A DNA stretch of 64,000 bases from Oligoflexales bacterium (lineage in GTDB: Bacteria > Bdellovibrionota_B > Oligoflexia > Oligoflexales > JAPPIL01): contig OZ244057.1 in the NCBI GenBank assembly GCA_965215515.1, positions 1,215,717 to 1,279,716 on the forward strand. Reading direction: 5' to 3'. The notes under the pieces were generated by a model. It saw nothing but the letters and a program-made list of their open reading frames with translations, did no database searches and was not told the DNA's origin. Shown piece by piece: positions 27,582 through 36,544 of this stretch. Position 1 is the stretch's first letter. Every line of letters starts with the position of its first letter. A program made the position numbers and the translations under genes.

Positions 27582-29684
27582 TCACACCCGCAGATGGTGG
27601 CTCTTGACCCGTATCAGGCCGAATTCGTTGAAGTTGACCAGTACATCGATGGTGTCAAACGATTCTTCAATGCTGGTAATGCGTCCCATGCCATAGGTGG
27701 GGTGGACGATCTGCATGCCGACAGCGAAACGGCGCGGCTGGGCACGGTTAGTCGCAGGAGGTCGCCGCGCAGTTGCTTGCTCGTTTTGCAAACAGGGTGC
27801 GGGGATGTCAGCCATGAAACGTGAGGGCGAATTGCTACTCCAGGTTTGGAAAACACGGCGACTGGCGGCACAAGTAAGGGTGAGTTTTTGGCGTGCACGA
27901 GTCATACCCACGTAGAGCAAACGGCGTTCTTCTTCCAATTCAGCACGGGAAGCGATGCTGTTGCGGTGCGGGATAAGCCCTTCCTCCACCCCTGCGATGT
28001 AGACACGGTTGAACTCCAAGCCTTTTGCAGCATGCAAGGTCATCAGCGAAACGCTAGCATCGTTCTGACATAACTCATCACCGACGAGTGCCACCGACTG
28101 TAACCAGCTGTCGAGCGTGGCTTCAGGGTAACGGCTGGCAAAATCACGCAATGCCGTATCCAGCTCCATAACGTTTTCTTTTTTTTCGGTGGCTTGGTCG
28201 CGATATTTTTTGTCAAGATATTCGAGATAAGCAACCGTGCGCAAAAAAATCGCCAAGGTCGCGGCTAGTTCGCCAGCACGCAGCGCTTTTTGTAATGCGT
28301 TGAAGGTCGTCACAAAAGGTTTCAGCTTGCCTGCCAGTTTAGGAAAGTTGTCTCGCACCAGGTTGCGTGCTTGCTGTAACAGCGATTGTTTGGCTGCCGC
28401 AGCTTGTTGTTCAATAATCTCCAACGAGCGTTGCCCGATACCAGAGCGAGGGGCATTGATTACCCGTTTGAAACTGGCAGCATCGCTTTCGTTAACAACC
28501 AACCGCAGCCAAGCGATGATGTCTTTAATTTCGATGCGATCATAAAAACGCAAGCTACCGTATATCTGGTAGTTGACGTGTCGTCGTCGCAAAGTGTCTT
28601 CTAGCAAGCGTGATTGGCTGTTGGTGCGATAAAAAATCGCGACTTCTCGCCACGGAAATTTATCCTGTTCGTTAACCAGACTATCGACGATGGTATGTGC
28701 CTCCATCTCAGCATCGGCATCGCGTTTAAATTCAATCAAACTACCCGCATCGTTAGCCGTCCAAATTTCTTTGTCCACCCGCGTTGCATTCCTGGCGATG
28801 AGTGCCCCCGCGGCTTTAATAATCGTTGCTGAACTACGGTAATTGCGGTTAAGAATAATTTTTTTGGCTTGCGGATAAACTTCTTGAAACTGCAAAATTT
28901 TGTGGGGACTTGCCCCTCGCCAACTGTAAATAGACTGATCATCATCACCGACCACGAACAAGTTGCGATGTTTGGCGGCCAGCAGTTGAATTAACTCAAA
29001 CTGACATTGGTTGATGTCTTGGTATTCATCGACAAGAATATAGCGGCAACGATTTTGTAAATTTTCCCGCACCGTTGCGTTGCGCCGTAACAAAAAGACT
29101 ACATGCAAAATTAAATCACCGAAATCAACGGCATGGCAAGAACGCAGATAGTGCTGATAGGCGAGGTAAATGTTGAAGCCACCGCTGGCAATGAGTTTAG
29201 GATAGAGGCGTGCCACCTTGTCGTTTTCGTCGGCAAAAACGCCGTTTATCTTTGCTTGTGAGATTGCCCATTGGTAGCTAGCTACTGAGTTATCGTCGTC
29301 GAGCGGAATGTGTAGGCGGTTAAGCACTGTCTTTAGTGCTGCACTGCTGTCGCGCTGATCGTAGATTAAAAAATTACTAGGCAAACCCAGTTCACCAGCA
29401 AATTCTCGCAACCAACGCGCACAGGCCGAGTGGAAGGTCGCTACCACACTCTTGCGCGCCTGTGGCGACAGACGCTCGACCCGCTGCCGCATTTCGTCGG
29501 CCGCCCGATTGGTGAAAGTCACCGCCAGGATATGCCGCGGAGCAACACCTTGGTCGATCAAGGCAGCAATACGTGCCGTGATGATGCGGGTCTTGCCACT
29601 GCCAGCCCCTGCGAAGACGACCGCCTGTCCGTCGCGATGCTGCACCGCCTCCTGTTGCGTTTCGTTAAGGGTCAAGACGCTCAT
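27582..29684 (-). CDS. ATP-dependent DNA helicase, UvrD/PcrA/Rep family
   Basis: 700 aa. Motif I AGAGSGKTRIITARIA, motif II VDEYQDIN, and the other SF1A helicase blocks (TFH, LNRNYRS, VGMTRAR). Confidence 0.9.
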   Translation of the reverse strand: MSVLTLNETQQEAVQHRDGQAVVFAGAGSGKTRIITARIAALIDQGVAPRHILAVTFTNRAADEMRQRVERLSPQARKSVVATFHSACARWLREFAGELGLPSNFLIYDQRDSSAALKTVLNRLHIPLDDDNSVASYQWAISQAKINGVFADENDKVARLYPKLIASGGFNIYLAYQHYLRSCHAVDFGDLILHVVFLLRRNATVRENLQNRCRYILVDEYQDINQCQFELIQLLAAKHRNLFVVGDDDQSIYSWRGASPHKILQFQEVYPQAKKIILNRNYRSSATIIKAAGALIARNATRVDKEIWTANDAGSLIEFKRDADAEMEAHTIVDSLVNEQDKFPWREVAIFYRTNSQSRLLEDTLRRRHVNYQIYGSLRFYDRIEIKDIIAWLRLVVNESDAASFKRVINAPRSGIGQRSLEIIEQQAAAAKQSLLQQARNLVRDNFPKLAGKLKPFVTTFNALQKALRAGELAATLAIFLRTVAYLEYLDKKYRDQATEKKENVMELDTALRDFASRYPEATLDSWLQSVALVGDELCQNDASVSLMTLHAAKGLEFNRVYIAGVEEGLIPHRNSIASRAELEEERRLLYVGMTRARQKLTLTCAASRRVFQTWSSNSPSRFMADIPAPCLQNEQATARRPPATNRAQPRRFAVGMQIVHPTYGMGRITSIEESFDTIDVLVNFNEFGLIRVKSHHLRV

Positions 29685-29690
29685 TATAGT

Positions 29691-30166
29691 GCCGTCAGAT
29701 ACTCTGCGCCAAGGTAAGTTATCTGCCAGTGCCGTCAGATACCCTGCGCCAAGGTAAGTTATCTGCCAGTGCCGTCAGATACCCTGCGCCAAGGTAAGTT
29801 ATCTGCCAGTGCCGTCAGATACCCTGCGCCAAGGTAAGTTATCTGCCAGTGCCGTCAGATACCCTGCGCCAAGGTAAGTTATCTGCCAGTGCCGTCAGAT
29901 ACCCTGCGCCAAGGTAAGTTATCTGCCAGTGCCGTCAGATACCCTGCGCCAAGGTAAGTTATCTGCCAGTGCCGTCAGATACCCTGCGCCAAGGTAAGTT
30001 ATCTGCCAGTGCCGTCAGATACCCTGCGCCAAGGTAAGTTATCTGCCAGTGCCGTCAGATACCCTGCGCCAAGGTAAGTTATCTGCCAGTGCCGTCAGAT
30101 ACCCTGCGCCAAGGTAAGTTATCTGCCAGTGCCGTCAGATACCCTGCGCCAAGGTAAGTTATCTGC
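29691..30166. repeat. 40-bp direct tandem repeat, about 12 near-perfect copies (tgccgtcagataccctgcgccaaggtaagttatctgccag)
   Basis: Exact head-to-tail units from 6 bp upstream of the helicase start codon to 30 bp beyond the FtsW/RodA stop. Only the first unit differs (tactctg vs taccctg). There are no spacers, so this is not a CRISPR. Confidence 0.9.
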
Positions 30167-30196
30167 CTACGGAAGTCAACCTGTCCCCGTTTCAGG

Positions 30197-31354
30197 TCAA
30201 TGCACCCACCGTCTGCCGCGGCGAGAGACGGAGGTGCGGTCGATTGCGACGAGCAAACCGACCGCGCAACTGTTAGCGAGCAGAGACGAACCACCGCAGG
30301 AAAAAAACGGCAGTGGTGTTCCGACCACAGGAAACAGCCCTGCGATCATTGCCGTATTGACGGCGAATTCCACAAAAATTTTCGCGGTCAAGCCAACTGC
30401 TAACAGGGTGGCGAAAGAATCTTTGTTGGCACGGGCGGCGATCTGCAGACCGAGCCAGGCAAAGGCTGTGAACAGCAGCAAGATCAGTACTGTGCCGACA
30501 AAACCGTGTTCTTCAGCCAGCACTGCCAGAGCAAAGTCCGTGTGGCGAGCGGGAAGAAAGTGCAGTTGGCTCTGTGAACCTTGTAAGAAACCTTTGCCGA
30601 GCAAACCACCGCTGCCGATCGCGATCAACGCTTGTAAAGAGTTGTAGCCCGAACCGTGTGGATCGAGAGCAGGGTTGAGCAGATTGAGGACACGCAGTTT
30701 CTGGTAGTCGTGCAGCAAAAACTGCCAAGCTACCCAACTGCTCAGCAGGGCGATAACGACAGCAAGCAACACACTCTTTCGACGCAGCGGCACACAACAC
30801 AACTGTGCACAGACGATGGCAAGGCAGATACCTGCCGTGCCGAGATCAGGTTGACGAAAGATTAGCAAACACAATAGCGCAACGCAAGCCAGCAACGGCC
30901 ACAGGTCACGCAACCGCCAGCCTGCGACACGACGATGGAAAGCAAAAAACCTGGCAGTCAGCAGAATCAAAGCCAGCTTGGCAAACTCGGCAGGCTGAAA
31001 ACGCAACACAGCAAGCGACAGCCAGCGCTGCGAACCACCCGCTTCATGGCCGATCGCCAACACCAACACGTGCAACAACAGAATCAGGGCATAGAGAGGG
31101 TAAGCCCAGGCTTGCAGGTGCTGTAGGGGCACAAACAAAGCACACAACCCGAAAGCTACACCCGCGGGGATGAGATACACCAGCTGTGTTTGCCAGAGGT
31201 TAGCGTTCGAGCCTGCACTGTAGAGATTGGTAATCCCCAGCACTAGCAACAGCGTAAAAAGTGTCGCCAGCTGCAACCCACGTGCGGCCAGCGGCGGAGC
31301 GCTACGCATACCTTCTCTCCCATATAAGGCAAGAGATACAAGATGATAGCGCAC
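30197..31354 (-). CDS. FtsW/RodA/SpoVE family peptidoglycan glycosyltransferase (SEDS protein)
   Basis: 385-aa polytopic membrane protein with the conserved C-terminal SEDS blocks (PLPFFSCGGSSLLANSCAVGLLVAI; DFALAVLAEEHGFVG). Confidence 0.85.
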   Translation of the reverse strand: MRYHLVSLALYGREGMRSAPPLAARGLQLATLFTLLLVLGITNLYSAGSNANLWQTQLVYLIPAGVAFGLCALFVPLQHLQAWAYPLYALILLLHVLVLAIGHEAGGSQRWLSLAVLRFQPAEFAKLALILLTARFFAFHRRVAGWRLRDLWPLLACVALLCLLIFRQPDLGTAGICLAIVCAQLCCVPLRRKSVLLAVVIALLSSWVAWQFLLHDYQKLRVLNLLNPALDPHGSGYNSLQALIAIGSGGLLGKGFLQGSQSQLHFLPARHTDFALAVLAEEHGFVGTVLILLLFTAFAWLGLQIAARANKDSFATLLAVGLTAKIFVEFAVNTAMIAGLFPVVGTPLPFFSCGGSSLLANSCAVGLLVAIDRTSVSRRGRRWVH

Positions 31355-31406
31355 TAATCGCGAGCTGGCAACAAGTACCTCTCTGGCATATTTTTAAAAT
31401 AATTGC

Positions 31407-32516
31407 TTGAAAAAATTTAAAGAACATGTATCATGTGGCGTGCTTTTTTGTTTTTTGTGTGGATATAGTATAGGGAAGGTTAACATGTTAGTATCAGGGG
31501 TTAGTTTCAAGAATCTGGTGGCGGTGGCGGTGTTGGCGCTGTCGTTGTCTTGCGGCACGCAGATGACGGGTGAGGTGCAGCGGGTAAATGATCCCGACAG
31601 AGCGCGCAAGGCGGTTTCGCTGAGTGAAGATGTCTGGCGTTGGGCGAGAGGCAACAAAGGCAAGGTGGTGATCGCGGCGGGAATTGTCGCGGTGCCGATT
31701 TTGTTTAATGTGTCGAAGAATTTTTTCGTATTCTCTAATCCGATGGTTGAGGCTGGTTATGTCGGTTATGTGTATAAAGAGCCTGTGAAGCTTTCTCACA
31801 CTGAGGGTGGTTTCTATCGTACCATCGAGGGGCCAGCGCGACTAGGTTTGCGTTTTTCGCAAAACGAGTACAAGGTCATTCCGATCGACATTCGTTATCG
31901 CACTTATTCCGAGCGCTTTAAAATTCTCGCTGCTGACCAGTTGAATATTGAGTTTACCGCTCATGTACGTTTGCGGACGAAGCGTGATGAGGGTTCGATT
32001 CGTGAGGTGGTTGAAGTTTACGGTGGTTCAAATTGGTATCAGACTAACATCAAAGAACCTGTGCGCACGCAGGTACGCAAAGCGGTACAGGTTTACAGAA
32101 GCCCTGAGGTTAAGGAGCATCGTGCCACCATTGAAAGTAATGTGTTGCAAGAACTGCATGCTTTTCTTGCCGACAAGCCGTTTGAGGTGGATACTATTTC
32201 GGTCGGTAACATCGATTACCCCGATGTAGTTGAGAATGCAGTCGAGCGCAAGCTTGCCGCACAACAGAAGCTCGAAGAGCAGCGTATTCAAAAAGCCATC
32301 GCCAAGGAGAAGGCTGACATCAAGGTAATTCAGGCCGAAGGACAGGCAAAGGCACAAGAGATTGTCAGGCAGACTCTCACAGCGCTGTATATCAAGCACC
32401 AAGCGGTGAAAGCGATGGAAGAGTTGGCCAAGTCTCCTAACAAAGTCTTCATTTATATTCCTGTTGAAGATATGGCGATTCCGCTGGTCAAGACCGTCGA
32501 AGAAGGTTCGCAGTAA
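31407..32516 (+). CDS. SPFH/band-7 (stomatin-prohibitin-HflK/C-like) membrane-anchored protein
   Basis: N-terminal signal/lipobox (LALSLSCG; probable start ATG 31485). Band-7 core followed by a long coiled-coil (AAQQKLEEQRIQKAIAKEKADIKVIQAEGQAKAQ). Confidence 0.7.
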   Translation: MKKFKEHVSCGVLFCFLCGYSIGKVNMLVSGVSFKNLVAVAVLALSLSCGTQMTGEVQRVNDPDRARKAVSLSEDVWRWARGNKGKVVIAAGIVAVPILFNVSKNFFVFSNPMVEAGYVGYVYKEPVKLSHTEGGFYRTIEGPARLGLRFSQNEYKVIPIDIRYRTYSERFKILAADQLNIEFTAHVRLRTKRDEGSIREVVEVYGGSNWYQTNIKEPVRTQVRKAVQVYRSPEVKEHRATIESNVLQELHAFLADKPFEVDTISVGNIDYPDVVENAVERKLAAQQKLEEQRIQKAIAKEKADIKVIQAEGQAKAQEIVRQTLTALYIKHQAVKAMEELAKSPNKVFIYIPVEDMAIPLVKTVEEGSQ

Positions 32517-32552
32517 TAATTTTTTCCTGAGTTCCGCAGGTAAATTAGCATT

Positions 32553-32658
32553 GTTGCGCCTAAGTCGATGTGTTTTCAGGCACTACGAGTCAGTTTGGCA
32601 GAAGAAATCAGACGAGAATAAGGCACGGCCGCAGCACCGATTATCGACTTAGGCAACG
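32553..32658. repeat. imperfect 16-bp inverted repeat separated by ~75 bp (gttgcgcctaagtcgat ... atcgacttaggcaac), followed by an AT-rich tract
   Basis: Seen directly 35 bp downstream of the SPFH stop. Could form a long stem-loop (terminator or structured RNA). Confidence 0.35.
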
Positions 32659-32734
32659 ATGCTCAGTGATTCGGGTAACTAATTATAATTATTGTTTTTT
32701 ATAATAACTTTCTTCCCACCACTCAAGAATACGA

Positions 32735-33346
32735 GTGGATATGCCGACAGGGTCGGGTGTGGTTTCTATGTATACCGCGGGAAGGAGAGCGAAGGTGCGT
32801 GTATATGTTTCTGTGTTGCTGTTTTGCTGTGTTGCCTGTCAAGGAGAGCCGCTGGTGTCAGGTGAGCGGTTCGAGATCAGTGCAGTGGAGGAGGAAGAAG
32901 AAGAGGTAGGTTACTGCGATGACGATGATGACGATGCTAGGGAACACGTGCTGACGGGGAAGATCGAGGTTTTTGGCCGTGATGGCACGTCAGAACACAC
33001 GGGTGTGGTGGAGCGTTTTATCCTCACCGCAGCGCTGACTTGCAGCGATGACAAGCCTGCTAGCATCGCTTTGACACCCCAAGACGGTGGGGTAACTTAT
33101 CTCGATGAGAGCGGTGCGCAGAGGGTTGCCGAGCTCAGCCTTGTCGGGCTCGATGCGCCGCTGAAGAAAGACCCTCCTGTTGTGCACGCTGACCATCGTC
33201 TGCACACGTGGTTTGCCCATGACCACACTAGGCGGGTAGTGCTGCAAAAAAGGGAGGAACTTGACGACATGTGGGCAGCTGATTTTCACGTGACGACCTA
33301 TGTCCTGCACGACGCTGCCGCCGAGTTACATCTGTCACGGCAGTAG
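32735..33346 (+). CDS. hypothetical acidic lipoprotein (poly-Glu / poly-Asp tracts)
   Basis: Probable GTG start at 32795 after a GGAAGGAGA RBS. Signal peptide with CVAC lipobox. EEEEEEV...DDDDDDA encoded by GAG/GAA and GAT/GAC trinucleotide runs (32886-32930). Confidence 0.4.
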   Translation: MDMPTGSGVVSMYTAGRRAKVRVYVSVLLFCCVACQGEPLVSGERFEISAVEEEEEEVGYCDDDDDDAREHVLTGKIEVFGRDGTSEHTGVVERFILTAALTCSDDKPASIALTPQDGGVTYLDESGAQRVAELSLVGLDAPLKKDPPVVHADHRLHTWFAHDHTRRVVLQKREELDDMWAADFHVTTYVLHDAAAELHLSRQ

Positions 33347-33383
33347 TGGTTTTATTATTGGCGCAGGTGCGCGTCGCGAGTGT

Positions 33384-34733
33384 TTATTGTGCAAAATCTG
33401 GCTCAGGGCATTCCTCAGCGACACAAGGTGTGAAGGTCAGCTTAGCGAAACCTGTCAGGCCACCACGTGGTTTTAAACTCATCCACATCTTCTTGATGTG
33501 GAGGTGATGATCGAAGTCAACTTTGCCCAGGGTGAATTCCTTTTTATGCTTCCTGGAAGTGGTGCGAGACTCATAACGCAAAGCGACATCGCCGCGTTTG
33601 CTGTCGTCCACATAAATAGTGAGATTGAGATGCTCTTGCACACCCGCCGAGTAGAAGAAAGGCATCGTAAAAGGTTCGTAAAATGCCAAGATGTCGTGGG
33701 CTAGCAGTAGCCGCGCTAACTTGAGACGTGCCAAGTTTTCTACCAGTACGCTAAAATCAGCATCCGCCGCGGCACGTGGTGCGAGATTGAGTTGCAACAG
33801 CTTTACCGCAGATGACTGACGTAGAGCAAGCACTGCACGATAAGCCGCATCCGCGGTGTTGAGTACCTCTTGATCGAGCTGTACACCACGCAGACGCTGC
33901 TTGTGAGCGATCCTTTTATTTGGCAAGATGAGATGCCGATGGGCGATGGCCTCCCTCACCGCACGGTAGTCAAAAAACCTAAGCCCCGCAAACTTGACCT
34001 CCGTCTGTGTGGCAAGGTTGTCGAACCCGTAGCCATCGCTGTCAGCCACATGCAGTCTGGCAAAACCCCGATACATGCTGCTGCCCAGCTCTACCAACGC
34101 CCGTTCGCTGGCAGCAACGGCAGACAACACCTCGGCTATCCGCGTGAGCACCCTGCGGCGCTCCGAAGCTAACCAACTGAGACGCAGAGGCATGGTGAAA
34201 CCATTATACAATCCGTCATGTGTCACATAGTTCTCGTCCGCGAGATAAAAACGTACGGGCTCTGGATCGAGATACTTCCCCCCCTTCAAAGTCGGAGCGA
34301 GATAACCAGCAACGCTAAGCACACCCTCTTCCTCCTGCACACGCACGTGCATGTGTGCAATCTTCCCCTTTGCCGTCACTGCAATCGACCAACGAGTCGT
34401 GTGCAACAGTTCTGCACCTACGTCCATGCCTGTCTCGCTACGTAGCATAGGGGGTACTTGCCCCTCGCCTCCCGCGGCCCCCCGTGCGCCAGATGAGGCG
34501 ATCCCTGCGCTTTGCACGGGAGGTAGGCAAGCAAGGCTCAACAACGCACCGCCGCACGCGGCAACCCTTACCCAGCGGTCGAGATGATGACGTTGTTCGC
34601 CCATCAGCCTGTGCAGACTATCCCGTACTAACTTCCCCCTACCTCCAGCACGCCACGATAGAGCCGTGTTTAAATGTAGCGCGACGCACAGCAACAACAA
34701 AGTTCTGACCACCCCACCTCCAGCACAACACAT
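33384..34733 (-). CDS. hypothetical secreted protein
   Basis: 449-aa ORF with an N-terminal hydrophobic leader (VVRTLLLLCVALHLNTALS). No recognisable motif. Last gene of a 4-gene minus-strand envelope cluster. Confidence 0.4.
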   Translation of the reverse strand: MCCAGGGVVRTLLLLCVALHLNTALSWRAGGRGKLVRDSLHRLMGEQRHHLDRWVRVAACGGALLSLACLPPVQSAGIASSGARGAAGGEGQVPPMLRSETGMDVGAELLHTTRWSIAVTAKGKIAHMHVRVQEEEGVLSVAGYLAPTLKGGKYLDPEPVRFYLADENYVTHDGLYNGFTMPLRLSWLASERRRVLTRIAEVLSAVAASERALVELGSSMYRGFARLHVADSDGYGFDNLATQTEVKFAGLRFFDYRAVREAIAHRHLILPNKRIAHKQRLRGVQLDQEVLNTADAAYRAVLALRQSSAVKLLQLNLAPRAAADADFSVLVENLARLKLARLLLAHDILAFYEPFTMPFFYSAGVQEHLNLTIYVDDSKRGDVALRYESRTTSRKHKKEFTLGKVDFDHHLHIKKMWMSLKPRGGLTGFAKLTFTPCVAEECPEPDFAQ

Positions 34734-34836
34734 GCCAGTAAAAATAAAGAGGGGGCGATACTACACACACAAGACGATGAAGACAAGCGAGATTGCAGAG
34801 GAAGAGTCCGCCTACGGACGACAGACGACGTAGCCG

Positions 34837-35829
34837 CTAAGGCTGCTGAACCTGTCTCTGTTTTTCATAGAAATCGCCCGTGAAACCAGGCAGATAGCGT
34901 TTGATGAGATCCATCTCAGCCGTGATGGAAGGATTAGCGAGTGGTAGTAGCCGCAGAGCATCGGTCAACCACGCGCGGTGTTGACGCAAGTCAAGGGCGA
35001 AGGAATGAAACCGCAGCAGCGGCAACGCCATACTGTGAATGCCGACGAGATGCATCGTGCCGTTGTCATCGTGCCACCAGACAGGGCCGCCAGAATCACC
35101 GAAACCGATCCGCGCGCGAAAATTAGTGAATTCCAACAGATCTGAATGCTGGTAGTCTTTCTTGATAACTACCTCCGCCTTGCGCAAGACACCGCCCGCC
35201 TGTCCCAGACGACCCATACCATAGCCAGCCAGCGTGACCCGCCGCCCGCTGAGGTCGGTGGTGGGGGACGGAATGCGATAGGCTAACTCATAAGGTAGAG
35301 GCAAAGGTGATGCGAGTTGCAACAAAGCGATGTCCCTCAGCTGGGAACGGCGTGGCAGGAGAAAGAGCATGGTCTCCCACATCACGGCAAACGCTCTACC
35401 GCTGACAAAAGAGAACGAAGTGGCACTGCGCAGATAAGAGCCAGGTGCAATCCACGACACACCCGCACGGCTAGCATGCCAACTCCGCCCGTTCGCCAAA
35501 ATTACCTTGTTGTGATAACCGACCGTGACGTGCGCTCGCCAGGCACCGACCATGCAGTGTGCCGCCAACAACACCTGATTGGGAGTGAGCAACGTGCCTG
35601 AACAGCGTGAGTAACGATACCCATCGCCAGCGCTGACCGACAGCGCTACATGCACCGTGTAACGGTTGAAAGGATCACTGCCATGTACCTCAACCCCACC
35701 CACCTGTACCTGTGCGGAGGGAGATGCACCGCAGGCGCTGAGCAACACAAACCCTGGCAGCAACACCGCTTTCATGGCGCGCTCTCTGTCTCTGCGTGGC
35801 AAGGCAAGGAATTTTCCGTCACCAACCAC
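34837..35829 (-). CDS. trypsin-like (S1 family) serine protease lipoprotein
   Basis: Catalytic His block TLLTPNQVLLAAHC and Ser block GFGDSGGPVWW. Probable start ATG 35775 (MKAVLLPGFVLLSACG, lipobox LSAC), giving a 4-bp overlap with the upstream gene. Confidence 0.75.
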   Translation of the reverse strand: MVGDGKFLALPRRDRERAMKAVLLPGFVLLSACGASPSAQVQVGGVEVHGSDPFNRYTVHVALSVSAGDGYRYSRCSGTLLTPNQVLLAAHCMVGAWRAHVTVGYHNKVILANGRSWHASRAGVSWIAPGSYLRSATSFSFVSGRAFAVMWETMLFLLPRRSQLRDIALLQLASPLPLPYELAYRIPSPTTDLSGRRVTLAGYGMGRLGQAGGVLRKAEVVIKKDYQHSDLLEFTNFRARIGFGDSGGPVWWHDDNGTMHLVGIHSMALPLLRFHSFALDLRQHRAWLTDALRLLPLANPSITAEMDLIKRYLPGFTGDFYEKQRQVQQP

Positions 35830-36368
35830 CCCAACACCTTCTCGACACGCGGCAGTGCATCGTCAGCACGATGTATGCCTGGGGACAGGATGGCATCGAT
35901 GGTCGCAGCACTCTCCTTCGCAGCCACTGCTTCAGTAGCCAACACCGCCCCGACGAGAGATACACCCGCTGCACAGGTTAACACCGTGGCCCGCCGCAGT
36001 GCCACGTGCCGACTCGCTACCCAGGCGGTGAAAGTTGCCAAACACACGGTTGCAGTGGGAAACAGCGCATAGGCCGCAGCGGGAAACTTGTAGCTCGTAT
36101 AAACAGACTCCGCCTCCACTGCACGGCGCAGGTCATCAGCTGCCACCGTTTGCGCCGTAAGCAACTGTGCGTCACCACGCACCTCTACGTCGAGTAAACC
36201 ATCGGCCGCACTCGTGCCGATGGCAAAGTCCCTGCGATAAATGCAGTACTGCCCGTTTTTACGCTGTTCAGCAAAAACAACCGCCGCGGCCCCCGCATCG
36301 TTGTCGGTGACCACATACCCAGCACCACCAGGCGGATCGTCCGCACAAGCAAAGGCGGACAAGCACAT
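35772..36368 (-). CDS. hypothetical lipoprotein with C-terminal hydrophobic segment
   Basis: Most plausible start ATG 36368 (MCLSAFACADD, lipobox AFAC). The track ORF extends to 36572 but would overlap the upstream gene. A 20-bp direct repeat at 36311/36369 encodes GAGYVV twice. Confidence 0.35.
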   Translation of the reverse strand: MCLSAFACADDPPGGAGYVVTDNDAGAAAVVFAEQRKNGQYCIYRRDFAIGTSAADGLLDVEVRGDAQLLTAQTVAADDLRRAVEAESVYTSYKFPAAAYALFPTATVCLATFTAWVASRHVALRRATVLTCAAGVSLVGAVLATEAVAAKESAATIDAILSPGIHRADDALPRVEKVLGWLVTENSLPCHAETESAP

Positions 36369-36544
36369 CACCACATACCCAGCGCCACATCGCACGGCAG
36401 CCCTAGGAAAAAAACCCAAACGCCCCCTCAAAGCATTCCTCCACCAGTCCTGACAACCTGGGGCGCTTGTAGCAGAGGAGTGCGGCACTGGCAAGCGAAA
36501 ACAAAAAACACACCCGTCGGGGGTGTAGAGAGGGCGAGCTGCGT

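Noticed and set aside
29691-30166. The 40-bp repeat array as a CRISPR locus
   Set aside because: Units are directly adjacent with no unique spacers, the period is 40 bp, and no cas genes are nearby. It is a simple tandem repeat, not a CRISPR.
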